DNA of 64,000 nt. It comes from a virus. Position numbers and translations under genes: made by a program. Location: positions 15,562 to 79,561 of IMG/VR virus record IMGVR_UViG_3300025127_000020; one strand, 5' to 3'. Below the pieces are notes generated by a model. It worked only from the letters and a program-made list of their open reading frames with translations, was not told where the DNA came from and did not search any database. Position 1 is the stretch's first letter. Each line of letters opens with the position of its first letter. Below are positions 22,301-31,400 of the stretch, in pieces.

Positions 22301-24662
22301 TTTGTGTCTTAGTAAATTCGTGCTCTACAGAATCAGACAACGTGCTAACACCATAGAATTCTAATTCATAATCAGTAGTAGCTCCGCCGTGAATTTTATC
22401 ACCAAATTCTTTTACTGGAGATAATTTAACTGCAAGATTCCACTTTGAATTATCATAGACAGACTTATAGACATCTGACTTTAGTAGATAATTTACTCCC
22501 CCAAAATTAAGAGAGGCTACAAACTTTACATTGTCTGAATAATCTTGCTCCTTCTCTATGTAGATGTCAACAATCGGTGGATTAGAATTTTGATAAACAG
22601 AATCTCCAGTCTGAGTTGGATCAGCTTCTGCAACAACTAAAATCTGTTCTTCTGATTGAATAGGAGTAGTAAAAGCTGGATGACCATTGTCTGCTTTCTT
22701 TGGAATAATAAATTCAGTTTCTACGGTAAAAGAAATCAAATTGCTATTTGCATTTGAAGGTGCGTCAATGTAAGATGATGTTTCTGTTCTTGCTGCATCA
22801 TTTTGACAATAAACAGTTGCAGAGTCTCTAGTCAGGCTATTAAAGTCTACAAAATTCTTCTTTATCGCTGTAGTTCTTCTAGTGTCTTCAAGTGTGTAGT
22901 CTGAATTGTCTGCGTAGAGATTTATTTTTACCAACTCATCATCAATGCCGAAACATCTGATTAGGTTTCTAAACGACTTTTCCGTTCCTTTTGATTTAAA
23001 GATGAACGAGATGTTATTGTAAATATTTTGATAAATAGTATTTTTTATATCATGAATCTTTTCGTTAAAAAGATCTTGCTCGCCTCTGGATAAAATCTCC
23101 TCAATGGCATTAGCTTCCGAGAATAAGTCTGGAACTATAATTCCTCTTGACTGTAATGAATCTCTTATTAAAGCGTAAGGCTTATCATTCTCTTCTTTTA
23201 GTGAGTAATATTTAACTTCTCCAATGTCTGTAATCTCTTTTATCTGTTGATGCGTTTCATCAAAGTAGCTACTTAAAACTTGAGTAAACTTTTGCAAGTT
23301 GTTGCCAGTTTTTTCGTCCTCATCGATGATCCAAGCGGGTAAAGTGTTAAAGATTGAAGAATTATTAATATAGTCATGAGCACGCCCAAGTGTTTCATAA
23401 GACGAAAGAGTTGACGCTAAAGAAGGGTGTGTGGAATAAATTATCGGATCTTTAGTTTCCAAATCATCGAAGAGACCGTATTCATCAAGAGCAGAAGTTA
23501 ATTTTCTAACTTCCAAACTGTAGCTTGAGATTGTTCCATTTGAAATTCTTCCAGAATAGTCTAAAACAATTGAATCAATCGATTCGTTTCCGACAATACC
23601 TTCATTGAATTTAAGATAGACGCCTAAGTCTACCTTATTGTTTTCTTTGCTATATTTCTCGTTATCAGTGTTGGTCCCTCCATCTACATTTGTAAACCAA
23701 TAGCGACCGATTTGTTCTTCTGTTCTTCTTTGCTTCCAGAATCTAAACTCATCAACATAAAGACCGTTAACCGTGTTTGTTCCAGATGCGGTGCCATTTA
23801 TGTTCAAATAGGTCTCAGCCTGAGAGATAGAATCAACATTCGTGCCTGCTTTTATAAGACCAATCCTTGTTCCATTTTTGTAAATTTCTACTTGAACATC
23901 ATTTCCAAAATTTATAAAGGATAAAGCATAGTGTGCCCAAGAGGTTCCTAAGAAATTAGAGATTGTAACCTGACCATCGGCTCCAGATAGACCTGTAGAT
24001 GTGTCATCAGTGTAAGTAAGAGACAGAACAGAGGAAGTAGTGTTATAAGCAACCTGAATCCTATTACCCGACTCATTACCTGCAACAAACGGATAGACGT
24101 CTCCAGAGACCGATCCTTCTAGTTTTGCCCAAAACTCAACTGTGTTACCTAAAGTTCCATTGATGTGAACATTTGCTGTTCTGTAAATTTCTGGATCCCA
24201 GATGTTTGCATTTCCCTCTTTATGCGGATACTGTTTTGATAGTTCTTCTTTATCATTTACAGCTACAGAGGGGTCTCTGTTTGGTCCACCCTTCACATAA
24301 ATAGATTGACCTGTTCCTAGTTTTACATGACCAACGGTCTTTGGATAGACATTATCAAAAATCCACTTGTCCAAGCCAGAGGACTCATTATGCCATTTTG
24401 TTTTTTCTAGCAAAGAGCCATCATAGGGATAGGTTTGATAAATTCTTCTAAATGAATCTTGATAGTAGCGCTCTGCCGAACCATACCTTGCAAAGTTTTC
24501 TGGTTTTGAATAATCTATGTGAGAGACAAAAGACTTTCTCTCTTTTACCTTTTCTGAAATCAGAGCACTAGATTCGACATTCTTTTCTATCTCTTCTTGC
24601 TTAGACTTAGTGATTACCTTATTGTTTTTTCTTTTATTAAATAAGTCTTTTACGCTCATCAA
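13335..24662 (-). CDS. Giant baseplate/tail-associated protein with LamG (concanavalin-like) domains and a P2 gpI/T4 gp7-like wedge motif
   Basis: 3,775 aa. LamG patterns: TVEFW...WAHYALS...VDEFRFWKQRRT and FNHIVF...LWLNG...FSGLLDELSVW. Wedge-like motif: IFKSKGTEKSFRNLIRCFGI. Confidence 0.7.
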   Translation of the reverse strand: MMSVKDLFNKRKNNKVITKSKQEEIEKNVESSALISEKVKERKSFVSHIDYSKPENFARYGSAERYYQDSFRRIYQTYPYDGSLLEKTKWHNESSGLDKWIFDNVYPKTVGHVKLGTGQSIYVKGGPNRDPSVAVNDKEELSKQYPHKEGNANIWDPEIYRTANVHINGTLGNTVEFWAKLEGSVSGDVYPFVAGNESGNRIQVAYNTTSSVLSLTYTDDTSTGLSGADGQVTISNFLGTSWAHYALSFINFGNDVQVEIYKNGTRIGLIKAGTNVDSISQAETYLNINGTASGTNTVNGLYVDEFRFWKQRRTEEQIGRYWFTNVDGGTNTDNEKYSKENNKVDLGVYLKFNEGIVGNESIDSIVLDYSGRISNGTISSYSLEVRKLTSALDEYGLFDDLETKDPIIYSTHPSLASTLSSYETLGRAHDYINNSSIFNTLPAWIIDEDEKTGNNLQKFTQVLSSYFDETHQQIKEITDIGEVKYYSLKEENDKPYALIRDSLQSRGIIVPDLFSEANAIEEILSRGEQDLFNEKIHDIKNTIYQNIYNNISFIFKSKGTEKSFRNLIRCFGIDDELVKINLYADNSDYTLEDTRRTTAIKKNFVDFNSLTRDSATVYCQNDAARTETSSYIDAPSNANSNLISFTVETEFIIPKKADNGHPAFTTPIQSEEQILVVAEADPTQTGDSVYQNSNPPIVDIYIEKEQDYSDNVKFVASLNFGGVNYLLKSDVYKSVYDNSKWNLAVKLSPVKEFGDKIHGGATTDYELEFYGVSTLSDSVEHEFTKTQIITSTAARTEVEKKKFISIGASKQNYDPSEPNVNRKTNLKISSTLFWYDYLSNEEIKAHASDGSNFGRLHPNDDAYSFVANLSSGGTADIRVPRKDTLAMHWDFNGVATSDASGNFTVEDLSEGFAASDSRYGWFTELVRKQVTGRGRHFQANDDQVTNREFIYSAKHRPPEVINSEELVEIRTQDDDKFTRDSRPITHFFAAEKSMYQIINDQIVNLFATIVEFNDLIGQPINRYRMDYKSLEKFRQMFFERVKNVPSLEKYVDYYKWIDNSIGMMLEQLIPVSSNFSSELRTMIESHVLERNKYWTKFPTLEMEDQPIEANVRGINEMLYNYDLGRAPLAGEDKCLWEKDRAERTGTTVTSGDANVDADREKIRSVETREIKGQTKLVDRGLGLVEESDPTLYDSSSTTFYEGRVYATRRLSKPYRLNVTKSPTIHGGVNYSETTKDPNDFVRSSTPMGKSVEITSLDINPRECSRESQINTEFFKKFKRSSTITLKDGSKTESLDGSFIYPRFGESIDTATADLKNLHNDSYGDDAEIPMQGPFTSQWVGGNQHRHVVLSTYYGADPNRPELFLKSGNELKHPKDIDVNNASARFLREEVAKRPLNIKNIKTVIIHDRVNANEKPLGNYTHDYDVIQTSGRSKNNRWFVKDEGNQVANKRASTVITGLSDYTLPDRTRANNYDFGRTENIFVERFSAPGDPLTMGLGFMDHEAAEFSPYNSMNFRNFNVRSHLHYWLAQHSGLYEGSQGYRQDLALPGIAAYQKNNRNRLYDVRLVNSGPSGESYVCKSTFDNAYVGHQIPRSDLQYHFVTSSVDPSQYETSINDVCGSKVPLRFSDYYNDFVISEGYDATSDQESYADYQGSGWRFIRGSERNEPVEGRKENVISVIDGDEQSSSNYREPIAAWNKPMTHRILRNSRDLQIAIDFDMEESTPPTILARHAYSNGLEFFANPNLAARVEVVKNSNQFYDEINNLLSGNFPLEQTPYYTSFFYKEIIYPKHRNVGLNKVRERSKFDGYEEFWDSLLLDRMTPAWQKSKLGFEKLVLASKANGRLHESSFVMDYYQYQQNDGLTTRGYEVIGELNYGGINFYQSKILNKIRNAVSAEASVDVRDWGQEKLFDSSSSIAPFYNSSVIRNERLRTQPRAQLFYLPREHTDGQEKQWFPRKIIDQSQLVPAYDDYDHYGEELRSIGQNYGILSEFRVSQHMDKYLLDGTVNYRQKNYSFLSLDGASYDSNRHEGKTHTQFSSKKDITKVRTYAINLFPGQTADDIESTRKIVYPTSAQEALESYFIRNNNRPDGVVRGQDQSINPLYAGGTFTIDNSVNTDVIIDEPFPFVSPARVPHQKGINAAAQFNIENENDYLVASFNKVAFRDPSTGASQSNRIFPAGFGVPFNLSVWAQPNPERETSGLFSCLGLQLSSSATASMSVLEKVKFEGVKNKFTDSLGNSGLTVVFSDTPRLPEIVDSYGSHDFRGTDVITFFRGDGKPAFLKEGQFNHIVFQLVSNKDVFNNTPNQTTLIKLWLNGEELYGAHPYALAVGATHVANAYSPASVGKPHSTVQPHGTDNLGIEYVGFAASSFNKSLVLGNSNPVVALETNQSEETKRFRFSGLLDELSVWSGFMTKDSIGVLYNNGKPSNLLNDIETDKFLPPSNLDDWKLSSTIPERFRKLDIDDTGIAITDPNATFGWSVAEMSRGTGSGSLVNEHLQMWHRLGVAYHEEITECESWDDEFFNSYVHSDNIKFIEKVTRDQESLGVKVEERVRLKVNAIKKLLPYDGFYPQDRTVQIAKLFTEKAKKSIKPQPEEAVFHNEQAIQAALQHFFAPGILYNSIKAGIACDWASFTDTYGLEQSAVSSSYTTSENVERTFKTPAPHWYCPRQSRENLDEALFELTESMDSGPLYSLLNAHQPGVLGNLNMPSHSMYGFVTVTEPTTRLPFEALINPTKFLSMAEPAESKTKFKNLSLELNGWDCEGTILTFETVESDPSGDGYYLKKNKISIGTTQRPGFEDTDWDVDVREFMLAPKNFTIDSVPLDGSQGNTILANQISDGEITIDYLNELIAIRLCKAINEREDFSVIAIPGWTPTHQYENPVRFEPLEPISYWFPTLNPELFGVRYSPTRISTPEGGLLSTLSELEWGCTDQIIGKQNNGTWVIRLIATGPIEETIETFGDDGMPKQFLKVNHIASNASLTWKQFHCVRETEAGEILPHNTNIQERLDHFSGRHSGFGRFEGSTGSVATLLASRRVISGIAGGEFQVSGDRVTILGSQNYSSPNSLGVKPFFTSDGYPNPDNVTDVNTRFVISDRDDQGTGSTQQSLFVSTAASDPISGQLIFSDPHRYETEADESYCNKFFLMTPEYYEIRHQKGDQDPSSRLRNLRDYVYPNFEWLSDSRSDIRYDNAINNFVAEVPKFFLQNSKLTTLTSRPEIEFKQMTAGVTYYMDVAISKSKGFEIATTSGGEIPTKYFGPAMKWKELRDYDVTTIEGIEDLTAPPSQAAYAPPYLYGKGVTRLAFRAEESRVYTLNEILSKITTEDVSREHNDYFRSRSQIVETIITPLTPDDEPEDGFRDFPGFELPVMVREGVRVSDYRNQPAWKSRMKVESCLELLGKRRTRQVSFDLSSTKLEEDGVEKKKPMSAQDAADTSYNSWCISTKFECPVLNFAHVRDLKGTDVAVQERKIEEFTYSSFYREQGVTAHKSGQGIWSSYGEIPRDGEGIFISLEESFTSVSEGERIGSLIDVCGFKSFKEQVGRIAQERTISEAVVMIPFVDSPLEETIRVDDRNFFSITPEKFIKQVSNVENGLPAVSAQDYGLESDIEETTITRMSKMMKKYNLPPRYDFMKFRSDSKPFVIYFFEFEETLDQEDLSNIWQGLQPKIALTSRKDSNEVIHDLAPWEFFEGRKITQDVRWMVFKVKKTACMDYETLLNDSIQDQRFDFETTAGVEEPQYSYNYPYDYFSLVEMVKIEAGAEFEINPMELYKKKLPEEAE

Positions 24663-26125
24663 TCCACCCTAAACTTAAAAACTTCATCCTGCTCTTTTAA
24701 CTCCCCGTTAATAGAGAGCATAAATTTAATTCCATACATGTAGCCAGACTCAAGATTGGACATGTCAAAATCAAAGTAGCTGCCAGATGCGTCATAAGAT
24801 AATAGAGTGTGCTCTTTGTTCAAAGAAGAAGCAGAGGTTCCATTTCCATAGTCAACAACAACAGCATCATCTACAAGGCGAACAATCTTATAATAAATCT
24901 TGTCGATAATTAGATTCTCAATCTCCTTGCTTGCTACCGTATAAATAGTTGGAGACCAATCTTTTGCTCTTGTGTAAACTCTGAATTTTGGCTTCTCAGT
25001 TCTTAGATAAGAAGGTTTCATGTTTGTTACATCTAAAACGTATTCTGTGTTTCCAGAATCAGTTGAAAAATCTCTTGTTAAAACTTTTATGCTGCCTTCT
25101 TTCAAAATGCTCGTTTCTGTAGTGCCTGCATCTGCGGAGATATACCACCTGTCATAAACTTTTGTTAAAGCAGTAGCTTCAGGAACAGTGACTGTTGCAA
25201 CATAAATTCCAGAACCTGTAGGCGTCTCATCTGCGGTCGCAAATAAGTCTGGTGAAAATGCTGTTGTATAAGTAGAGTCTTGGTAGAGTCTAACCGCAAG
25301 AGTGCTGCCTCCAAGTTCCAGACTCTTTCTTACGCCATTGACAGAATTATAAAAATATAGCTTTCTTTGATTATCTGTTGCTGATAACCCAGATGAAGCC
25401 TTATAGAAATTTCCTCTGTTATCTTCAATAGCGTCTTGCCTTCTTACTTCAATAACTGGACGTTTAAAAAAGAACTCTGATGATCTTGAAAAGAATTTCT
25501 TTGTGTAAAAGTTTGGCGTAGCTGTTCCGCTGTCGTCTGTGTCTGAGGATGGAAACTTTATAAGAAAAGCGTTGATGGGTTCTCCGTTCCATTGCGATTG
25601 CACATGTGAAGTTATATCTATTTCCAAATCCTCTGTTCCCAAATCAAAGGACGCTGTTCCTATTGGGTTGAGTGAGCCATCAGGTAAAGCCCCTGGAGTG
25701 GTCCAGGTAGTATTATTTCCTTTTCTGTTTATCCAGTTGGCTTCTCCTACATCTTTGTAAGATTCCATGTCCAGACCGTGACCTTCGTGCCAATCCTCAT
25801 CGATAAGCCAGGCTTCTAGAGAGAAATTCTTTGGCAATGTAAACGGATGAGGTGCGTTAAACAATCTAAGGATAAATTTAGCATCAGTAGGAAAAGTTCC
25901 ATAATAATCCCAGATGTCTTGAAATTTTGGATAAACAAGTATCCTTGCTTCCTCAAGTTTGTCTGCGGAAGTAGGGTTCGCTTTAGCGGTTTGATTGTAG
26001 ATGAAAAAAACCTCTAGAGAGTCTGAGAGTCCCATGTTTGCGTCTGTTGCTCTACTTTTAAGATTTTCTTTGTAAGCATTTGTAATCGTTGTGTCTTTTG
26101 TTATAAACCATTTTTTAATAGACAT
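24659..26125 (-). CDS. Baseplate-associated structural protein (DNRLRE-like N-terminal domain)
   Basis: KDTTITN...EARIL...W.EG.G...W...G...LEIDITSHVQ...KFFSR pattern; lies directly downstream of the gp6-like gene. Confidence 0.55.
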   Translation of the reverse strand: MSIKKWFITKDTTITNAYKENLKSRATDANMGLSDSLEVFFIYNQTAKANPTSADKLEEARILVYPKFQDIWDYYGTFPTDAKFILRLFNAPHPFTLPKNFSLEAWLIDEDWHEGHGLDMESYKDVGEANWINRKGNNTTWTTPGALPDGSLNPIGTASFDLGTEDLEIDITSHVQSQWNGEPINAFLIKFPSSDTDDSGTATPNFYTKKFFSRSSEFFFKRPVIEVRRQDAIEDNRGNFYKASSGLSATDNQRKLYFYNSVNGVRKSLELGGSTLAVRLYQDSTYTTAFSPDLFATADETPTGSGIYVATVTVPEATALTKVYDRWYISADAGTTETSILKEGSIKVLTRDFSTDSGNTEYVLDVTNMKPSYLRTEKPKFRVYTRAKDWSPTIYTVASKEIENLIIDKIYYKIVRLVDDAVVVDYGNGTSASSLNKEHTLLSYDASGSYFDFDMSNLESGYMYGIKFMLSINGELKEQDEVFKFRVD

Positions 26126-27963
26126 TAGACAATGACCCCCTTAATATCAAAGTTCGGAAATTTAATTTCATAAATAACATTCTTTGGCATTTCGATATAT
26201 CTTCCATCAGGTGACTTTGCCTTTTCAATGTCAAATCTTATTGTAGAATAGTCACGAGAACCATCTGTTCCAACTTTCTGATTTACCTCTACTTCAGTCA
26301 CATCTATAATCCCATCGACTTCACGAAGTTCTCGATAAATATCTGTGATAAAAAGTGGCTCGCCAATGTCTGGTAGTCTTAGAAAGTGATCTACTAGTCT
26401 CTGCTTTGCATCTTCAAGTGTTTCAAATTTTGGTTTTCCCAACTCCCCTATTGCTGTAAAATTTATCTCTACATTTAAAATCTTTGCATCAAAAATGTCT
26501 ATAGTGTCGTTTATCATTTTATTTTTTTGAATCCAAGTCTTTACATTTTTTTTCAAGACATCATTAGGATTTGCAAGTTCACCAAATGCTCCTTCTGCAA
26601 TAAGATAAAGATTTAGATTTCTCTTTAAAGAATCATTATCTCTATAAATCCTACATCTCTTAACTGCTCCAAACTTTTGAGGCATTTGATAAATTAAAGA
26701 TTCATAGTCTTGCTGTGTCACTGCTCTGTTCTGTGCTGCGAATGATCCTTTGATTCTGTGCTTTATTTCATAAGAGTCTGGATAAGCAACATTTCCCACA
26801 ATAGGTTCTTCATTATCTACTTCTAAAGAATTATTTACGAATGAAAATTTTACAGGATCTAGAGAAATCACATCTTCAAATTCGAAAACGTAATTTACTG
26901 CATCCGTTAACTGACCTACTCTACAGTTGACATTATCTTCACTATTTGTTCGATAATCTATTGTTAAAACAGTGTTTGATGGACCTACGCCGAATTTGTC
27001 ACTTTCAATTAATTTTGTAGGGTCAAATGCTCTATCTTGAATATAATTTCTGCCATGAGTTTCTAAAACTGTAGATTGAGGTTCTGAAATCATATCCTTT
27101 GGTAGACTTACATCAGAACTTGCTCCAAAAGTAATTTTTGTTATTCGACCATCTAATTCTGAAATAAACCTTCTTGGCACTACAAAAGGTTTTAAAATCT
27201 CCGCTGCTTGATCTCCAGTGTTATAAGAAAGAGTTTGATTTCCCAATGTTTTACTGCGGTTTGTTACGCCTTTATAAATAACATTTTGAGAAAGGTTATC
27301 TACTTCATAAAATTCATTACCTTCAGAATCGATTATAGAAATAACTTCAGAGATATCTGGTGCTTCAAGTTCAACTCTTCTAAACTTCACAAAATCGTCA
27401 ATCTCAACAAATTCTCTTTGTAAATTACCAGAGATAACCTGCCCATAGGCTTTTACTGCATAATAAGTTGGCTTGCCTGTAGACTCATTTACCCTAGCCA
27501 CTCTGATTTCATTATTTTCTCTTCCAAAATGAACATCTTCATTCAGAATAAAATTAGAACCAGATCTAGATGAAAAAGTCGAACTTCTTTTCAAAATAGG
27601 AAGATAATTTAAATCTGGTCCCAACCCTGAAGACAACGCAGGGATCATTATGTAAAACGCTGCTGTTCCAACAGAAGGAGGGCTAGATCTAAATCTATAG
27701 CCTAATTGTTTTCCTATTTTTAAAATGTTTTCATATTCGGCTGCGGTTTCAAGAAAAGTTTCATTGGCTTGATAATCAATATAAAATGACAAGATGTCGC
27801 CAATGTAGGCAACTGTGTCTATCATTAAAGAACCAAACGAAGCCTCATTAAAATCCCTATAAGTGTTTGGATAATATCTTTTTACATAATTCAGCAAGTC
27901 TGCCTTGATGGTGTCAAACTCACGGCTAGTGTAATTTATGGAAACTGTTCTTTTTTTACTCAT
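26125..27963 (-). CDS. Baseplate wedge protein (T4 gp6 / baseplate J-like)
   Basis: YTSREFDTIKADL...YPNTYRDFNEASFG...AYIGDILSFYIDYQANE.FLETA and QNRAVTQQDY. Confidence 0.9.
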   Translation of the reverse strand: MSKKRTVSINYTSREFDTIKADLLNYVKRYYPNTYRDFNEASFGSLMIDTVAYIGDILSFYIDYQANETFLETAAEYENILKIGKQLGYRFRSSPPSVGTAAFYIMIPALSSGLGPDLNYLPILKRSSTFSSRSGSNFILNEDVHFGRENNEIRVARVNESTGKPTYYAVKAYGQVISGNLQREFVEIDDFVKFRRVELEAPDISEVISIIDSEGNEFYEVDNLSQNVIYKGVTNRSKTLGNQTLSYNTGDQAAEILKPFVVPRRFISELDGRITKITFGASSDVSLPKDMISEPQSTVLETHGRNYIQDRAFDPTKLIESDKFGVGPSNTVLTIDYRTNSEDNVNCRVGQLTDAVNYVFEFEDVISLDPVKFSFVNNSLEVDNEEPIVGNVAYPDSYEIKHRIKGSFAAQNRAVTQQDYESLIYQMPQKFGAVKRCRIYRDNDSLKRNLNLYLIAEGAFGELANPNDVLKKNVKTWIQKNKMINDTIDIFDAKILNVEINFTAIGELGKPKFETLEDAKQRLVDHFLRLPDIGEPLFITDIYRELREVDGIIDVTEVEVNQKVGTDGSRDYSTIRFDIEKAKSPDGRYIEMPKNVIYEIKFPNFDIKGVIV

Positions 27964-27986
27964 TTAAATAAATTCCTCGCTCAGGA

Positions 27987-27994
27987 TAAATAGT
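27987..27994 (-). promoter_or_regulatory. Putative late promoter motif (ACTATTTA)
   Basis: About 23 nt upstream of ATG 27963. Confidence 0.65.
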
Positions 27995-27999
27995 TTCTG

Positions 28000-28392
28000 T
28001 TATGAATTATCATCCCCAATAGCAAACTCAAGAGAATCCACAACTTCTACAGGAGGAACTTCATAATTTAAAGTGACTTTTATTCCATCGTTAGGAAAGT
28101 CTGGATTGAAATCTACTATTTCTATTTGATTTATTATAACAAATGGCAAATAGATCTCTATCTGTTCTCTTATTTTAGATCTAATTTTTTCAAAAGTCAT
28201 CTCTGTTTTATTTTCAAATAAATAATTTCTCAAACCGACGCCAAAAAATGGATCCATTATTCTTTCCCCAGGTGAAGTAAGAATTAACATTTTTACGTTT
28301 TGTGCTATGAGTTCTTGATAATTTTTATTTAAAGCATACCCATCTGCTGGATCTAAAGTGAGTGGTAGCTTTGGTGAAAATCCGTAAGACAT
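28000..28392 (-). CDS. Baseplate wedge / sheath-initiation protein (gp25/GPW family)
   Basis: QNVKMLILTSPGERIMDPFFGVGLRNYLFE. Confidence 0.9.
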   Translation of the reverse strand: MSYGFSPKLPLTLDPADGYALNKNYQELIAQNVKMLILTSPGERIMDPFFGVGLRNYLFENKTEMTFEKIRSKIREQIEIYLPFVIINQIEIVDFNPDFPNDGIKVTLNYEVPPVEVVDSLEFAIGDDNS

Positions 28393-28407
28393 TTGTTTTC
28401 CTCAAAT

Positions 28408-28415
28408 TAAATAGT
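28408..28415 (-). promoter_or_regulatory. Putative late promoter motif (ACTATTTA)
   Basis: About 15 nt upstream of ATG 28392. Confidence 0.65.
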
Positions 28416-28423
28416 CAATAAAA

Positions 28424-31400
28424 TTATTCATCATTGTCAGAATTTGATTCTTGTGAATCTCTTTCCGCTAGCTCTTCACAAATATCTCTTCTTTCTAGAC
28501 CTTCTACATTAGGCTGTTCCTTGCTTCCTTTTTTATTTAAATTTCCCAAGCCAAGCGCATTGTAAGCAGCGTTAAGTGGGTTTGGACCATAAAGAAGTGG
28601 ATTTGCTATAGAAAGTCCAAGAGAATTTTCAGTTGGAGAAACGTCAATGCAAGCAAGTCTTTGCAGTTTTGATAAATAAACAGCTAGTTTTATGTTTGGA
28701 TCATTTTTTTCTACATAATCTTTAAAGACTTGCAATGCTGCATCAGAAGCTGCCTTTGCTGCTGCACCTAGAGAGAGACCTTTAAATGCATTTCCCCAAT
28801 CAACATCTAATCCAAAGTTCCAAGCCAAATCTGATTTGCAGCTTCCCAATTGTAAGCCAAAATTAAATTGATAAGCTGCTAGAATATCTTCTGATGAGTT
28901 CTCTTGCATTGGCTTTGCAATTTTTTTCCAATCGTCCGCCTCTGGTGTTATTGTATAAAATAAAATGTTAAGCTCATCTCTTGAGACAAGTAGGGCATTT
29001 CTTACTTCACTAATTAATGATAGAGTTGACATTTCATAAATTATAAATGATGACTTATAAATCTCTAATGGAAAAATATAATCAAGAAGAACTGAAACTT
29101 CTGCTGATAATTTCAATTCTTGTAGCGCATATTCGTTTGTGTTATTTTTGAATGAAAGAGATACTCCTTCAAAATCTGTTATTTCTTGCATGGGAATTTC
29201 TTCTTGACTAAAACCTCCTATTAGGTTTCTAATTTCGTTCAATCTTACGAGAAGCGTGTCTATTTCTGTGACAATAGCATCATAAGCTGCTTGACGATTT
29301 GGCAGAAGAGGTTCTGTCATGTCATGGTGATAGTGATTCCTCGGATTGTCCCAAATTCTGTCTCTCGCACGATAAAGTTCTTGGTATCTAGCTTCTAAAT
29401 GTCGCTCTTCCTGTCTTAAGTCATCGGCTGTCGAACGATGTGTTGGAGATTCTGAAAAAACCATAGTATAAGGCTTTCTCTTTGTCTCAAAAAGTGGAAT
29501 TACTATTCTGCGCTTATCTGGAGTCAAAAATGCTTTTTCAGCGCTGGGTCGTGCAGGGCGGGGGTTGTTAACGAAACCAAAGTCAGGATTAAAACTTTCC
29601 AACCCATCTCTGTAATAAGGATAAGCCATGTCTACTAAACAAACTACATAATAACTTTGTATTGAGTCTCTAATTTCCTGCTTACTTACGCCTAAGCCAA
29701 TTAATTCTTGAGCATAATCCCTAACTCTCTCCTCCAGTGACTCTGAATCTTCGTGTTCATAGAAAACATTATTTCTAGGTGACAGATTCTCGTCAAACGA
29801 AGTCATGTCGCCAAAGTGAAACCTCACTGCTCTTTGTACTACAAGATCTTTATGATAATGATTCTCAAAAGTGTCATTACCAATGTTCTGACGGTTGATA
29901 ACTTCTTCCGTGTCTAATAGGATCTTATTTATAAAAAAATCTTTAACAGTTTGAGTTAATCCTTTTGGCTTCATAATGGCAATTTCAAAAGCTAATTTTA
30001 TTTCCTTAAATTCTGACTCAAACAATTCTATCATAACTCCCTCTGGTGAAGGTGGTTCCAGAAGATCTGGGTCTAGTAAATATTCGCCCACTTCATTTAA
30101 AAAGTCATCGTAATAGGAGCCGTATCTTTGCATTTCAGATTTCATAAGATCAAATGTAAAATCAAAAATTACTGCCTCTTCCAGTTCCGAAGTTGCAAAA
30201 ACAGAATTTGAAATAATACTCCTAAGCAATCCTTCTAAAATATAATGTCGAATAGTTAACCTAATGCAAGCTCGCATTAATTCCGTTTCAAATGGAGTCT
30301 TTGAAGGTTTGCCCTCTAACGAATCAGCGTCAACACAAAACTCTTCACTAAAATTCTTTTTTATTTCATCAATTAAAGTTTTCAATCTTAAAACATGATT
30401 ATCACATTCTGGTGATGTTGCTTTTGTAACAAGCTCAATTAACTCAATTGCTTTCTTATTGGCTTTAACATTTTTAAAGTAAGGACTGGTGTTTAATTTT
30501 TTTGTAATTTCTTCAATAAATTTAACTTTTAAAGATTTATAAATAAGCTCATAATCTATGACCTCGTAATCTTCTTGTGTCAGTTGAAACGGTCCTAATC
30601 CACGCCTAATTATACTTTCAAAAAGAGTAAAAGGTCTTCGATCTCCTGGTGGAACTCGGGATGAGACAAAACTCAACTCCTCTGGTGATAATCTTTTTTC
30701 TCTTCTATAAACCTGTGGTGGGAATGTGCCTGTTGTAGGATCCAAAAACACACCACTATCCACTGAGATTTCATAATCATAAGAAAAGCCTGCTGAAAAA
30801 GTTCTTAGTTTCAATTCCCTTGATGGCGAATAATTTAAAATTTCAGCAGAAGAGCCCTGAACTGCGTCAATTTGAAACTGTCTTTGTCGATATTCTTTTA
30901 ATCGTTTCTGATATTCAACCAAATCTTCGACTCGGAAGAGCCATCGTTCTGCCAGAATAATGTCTACTGCTTCTATCTCCTTTTCGATCCTTTCGACATC
31001 TTCAGTGTTTTCGGTTTCAATCATGGTGCGTTTTTGTCTAATAAGAACATTTCTACGCTCGTTAAGATCTTCTACATTCTGTTCCATGTTTTGCTGCCAT
31101 CTTCGGAGAGCGGCAGAGAGACCGATGAAGTCCGTTTCTTCATTAATTTGAAAATAGTTAAAAAGAATTTCAATAGCGACTATCCATTTATCTGTTTCAC
31201 GTTCAACCGCATTGCTTCTTTCAACAAACCTCTCAAGCTCACCTTGTAGTTCATAATTTTCTTCAATAGGAATTTTAAACGACTCTATTTCGTGCTCTAT
31301 ATCAAATGAAGGATTACTATAAAACTCAGACAAAGAAGGTAATAATTCTCTAGTTGGAATTAATGTAGATGTCCCAGTTTCAGGATCTATTACAATTTCG

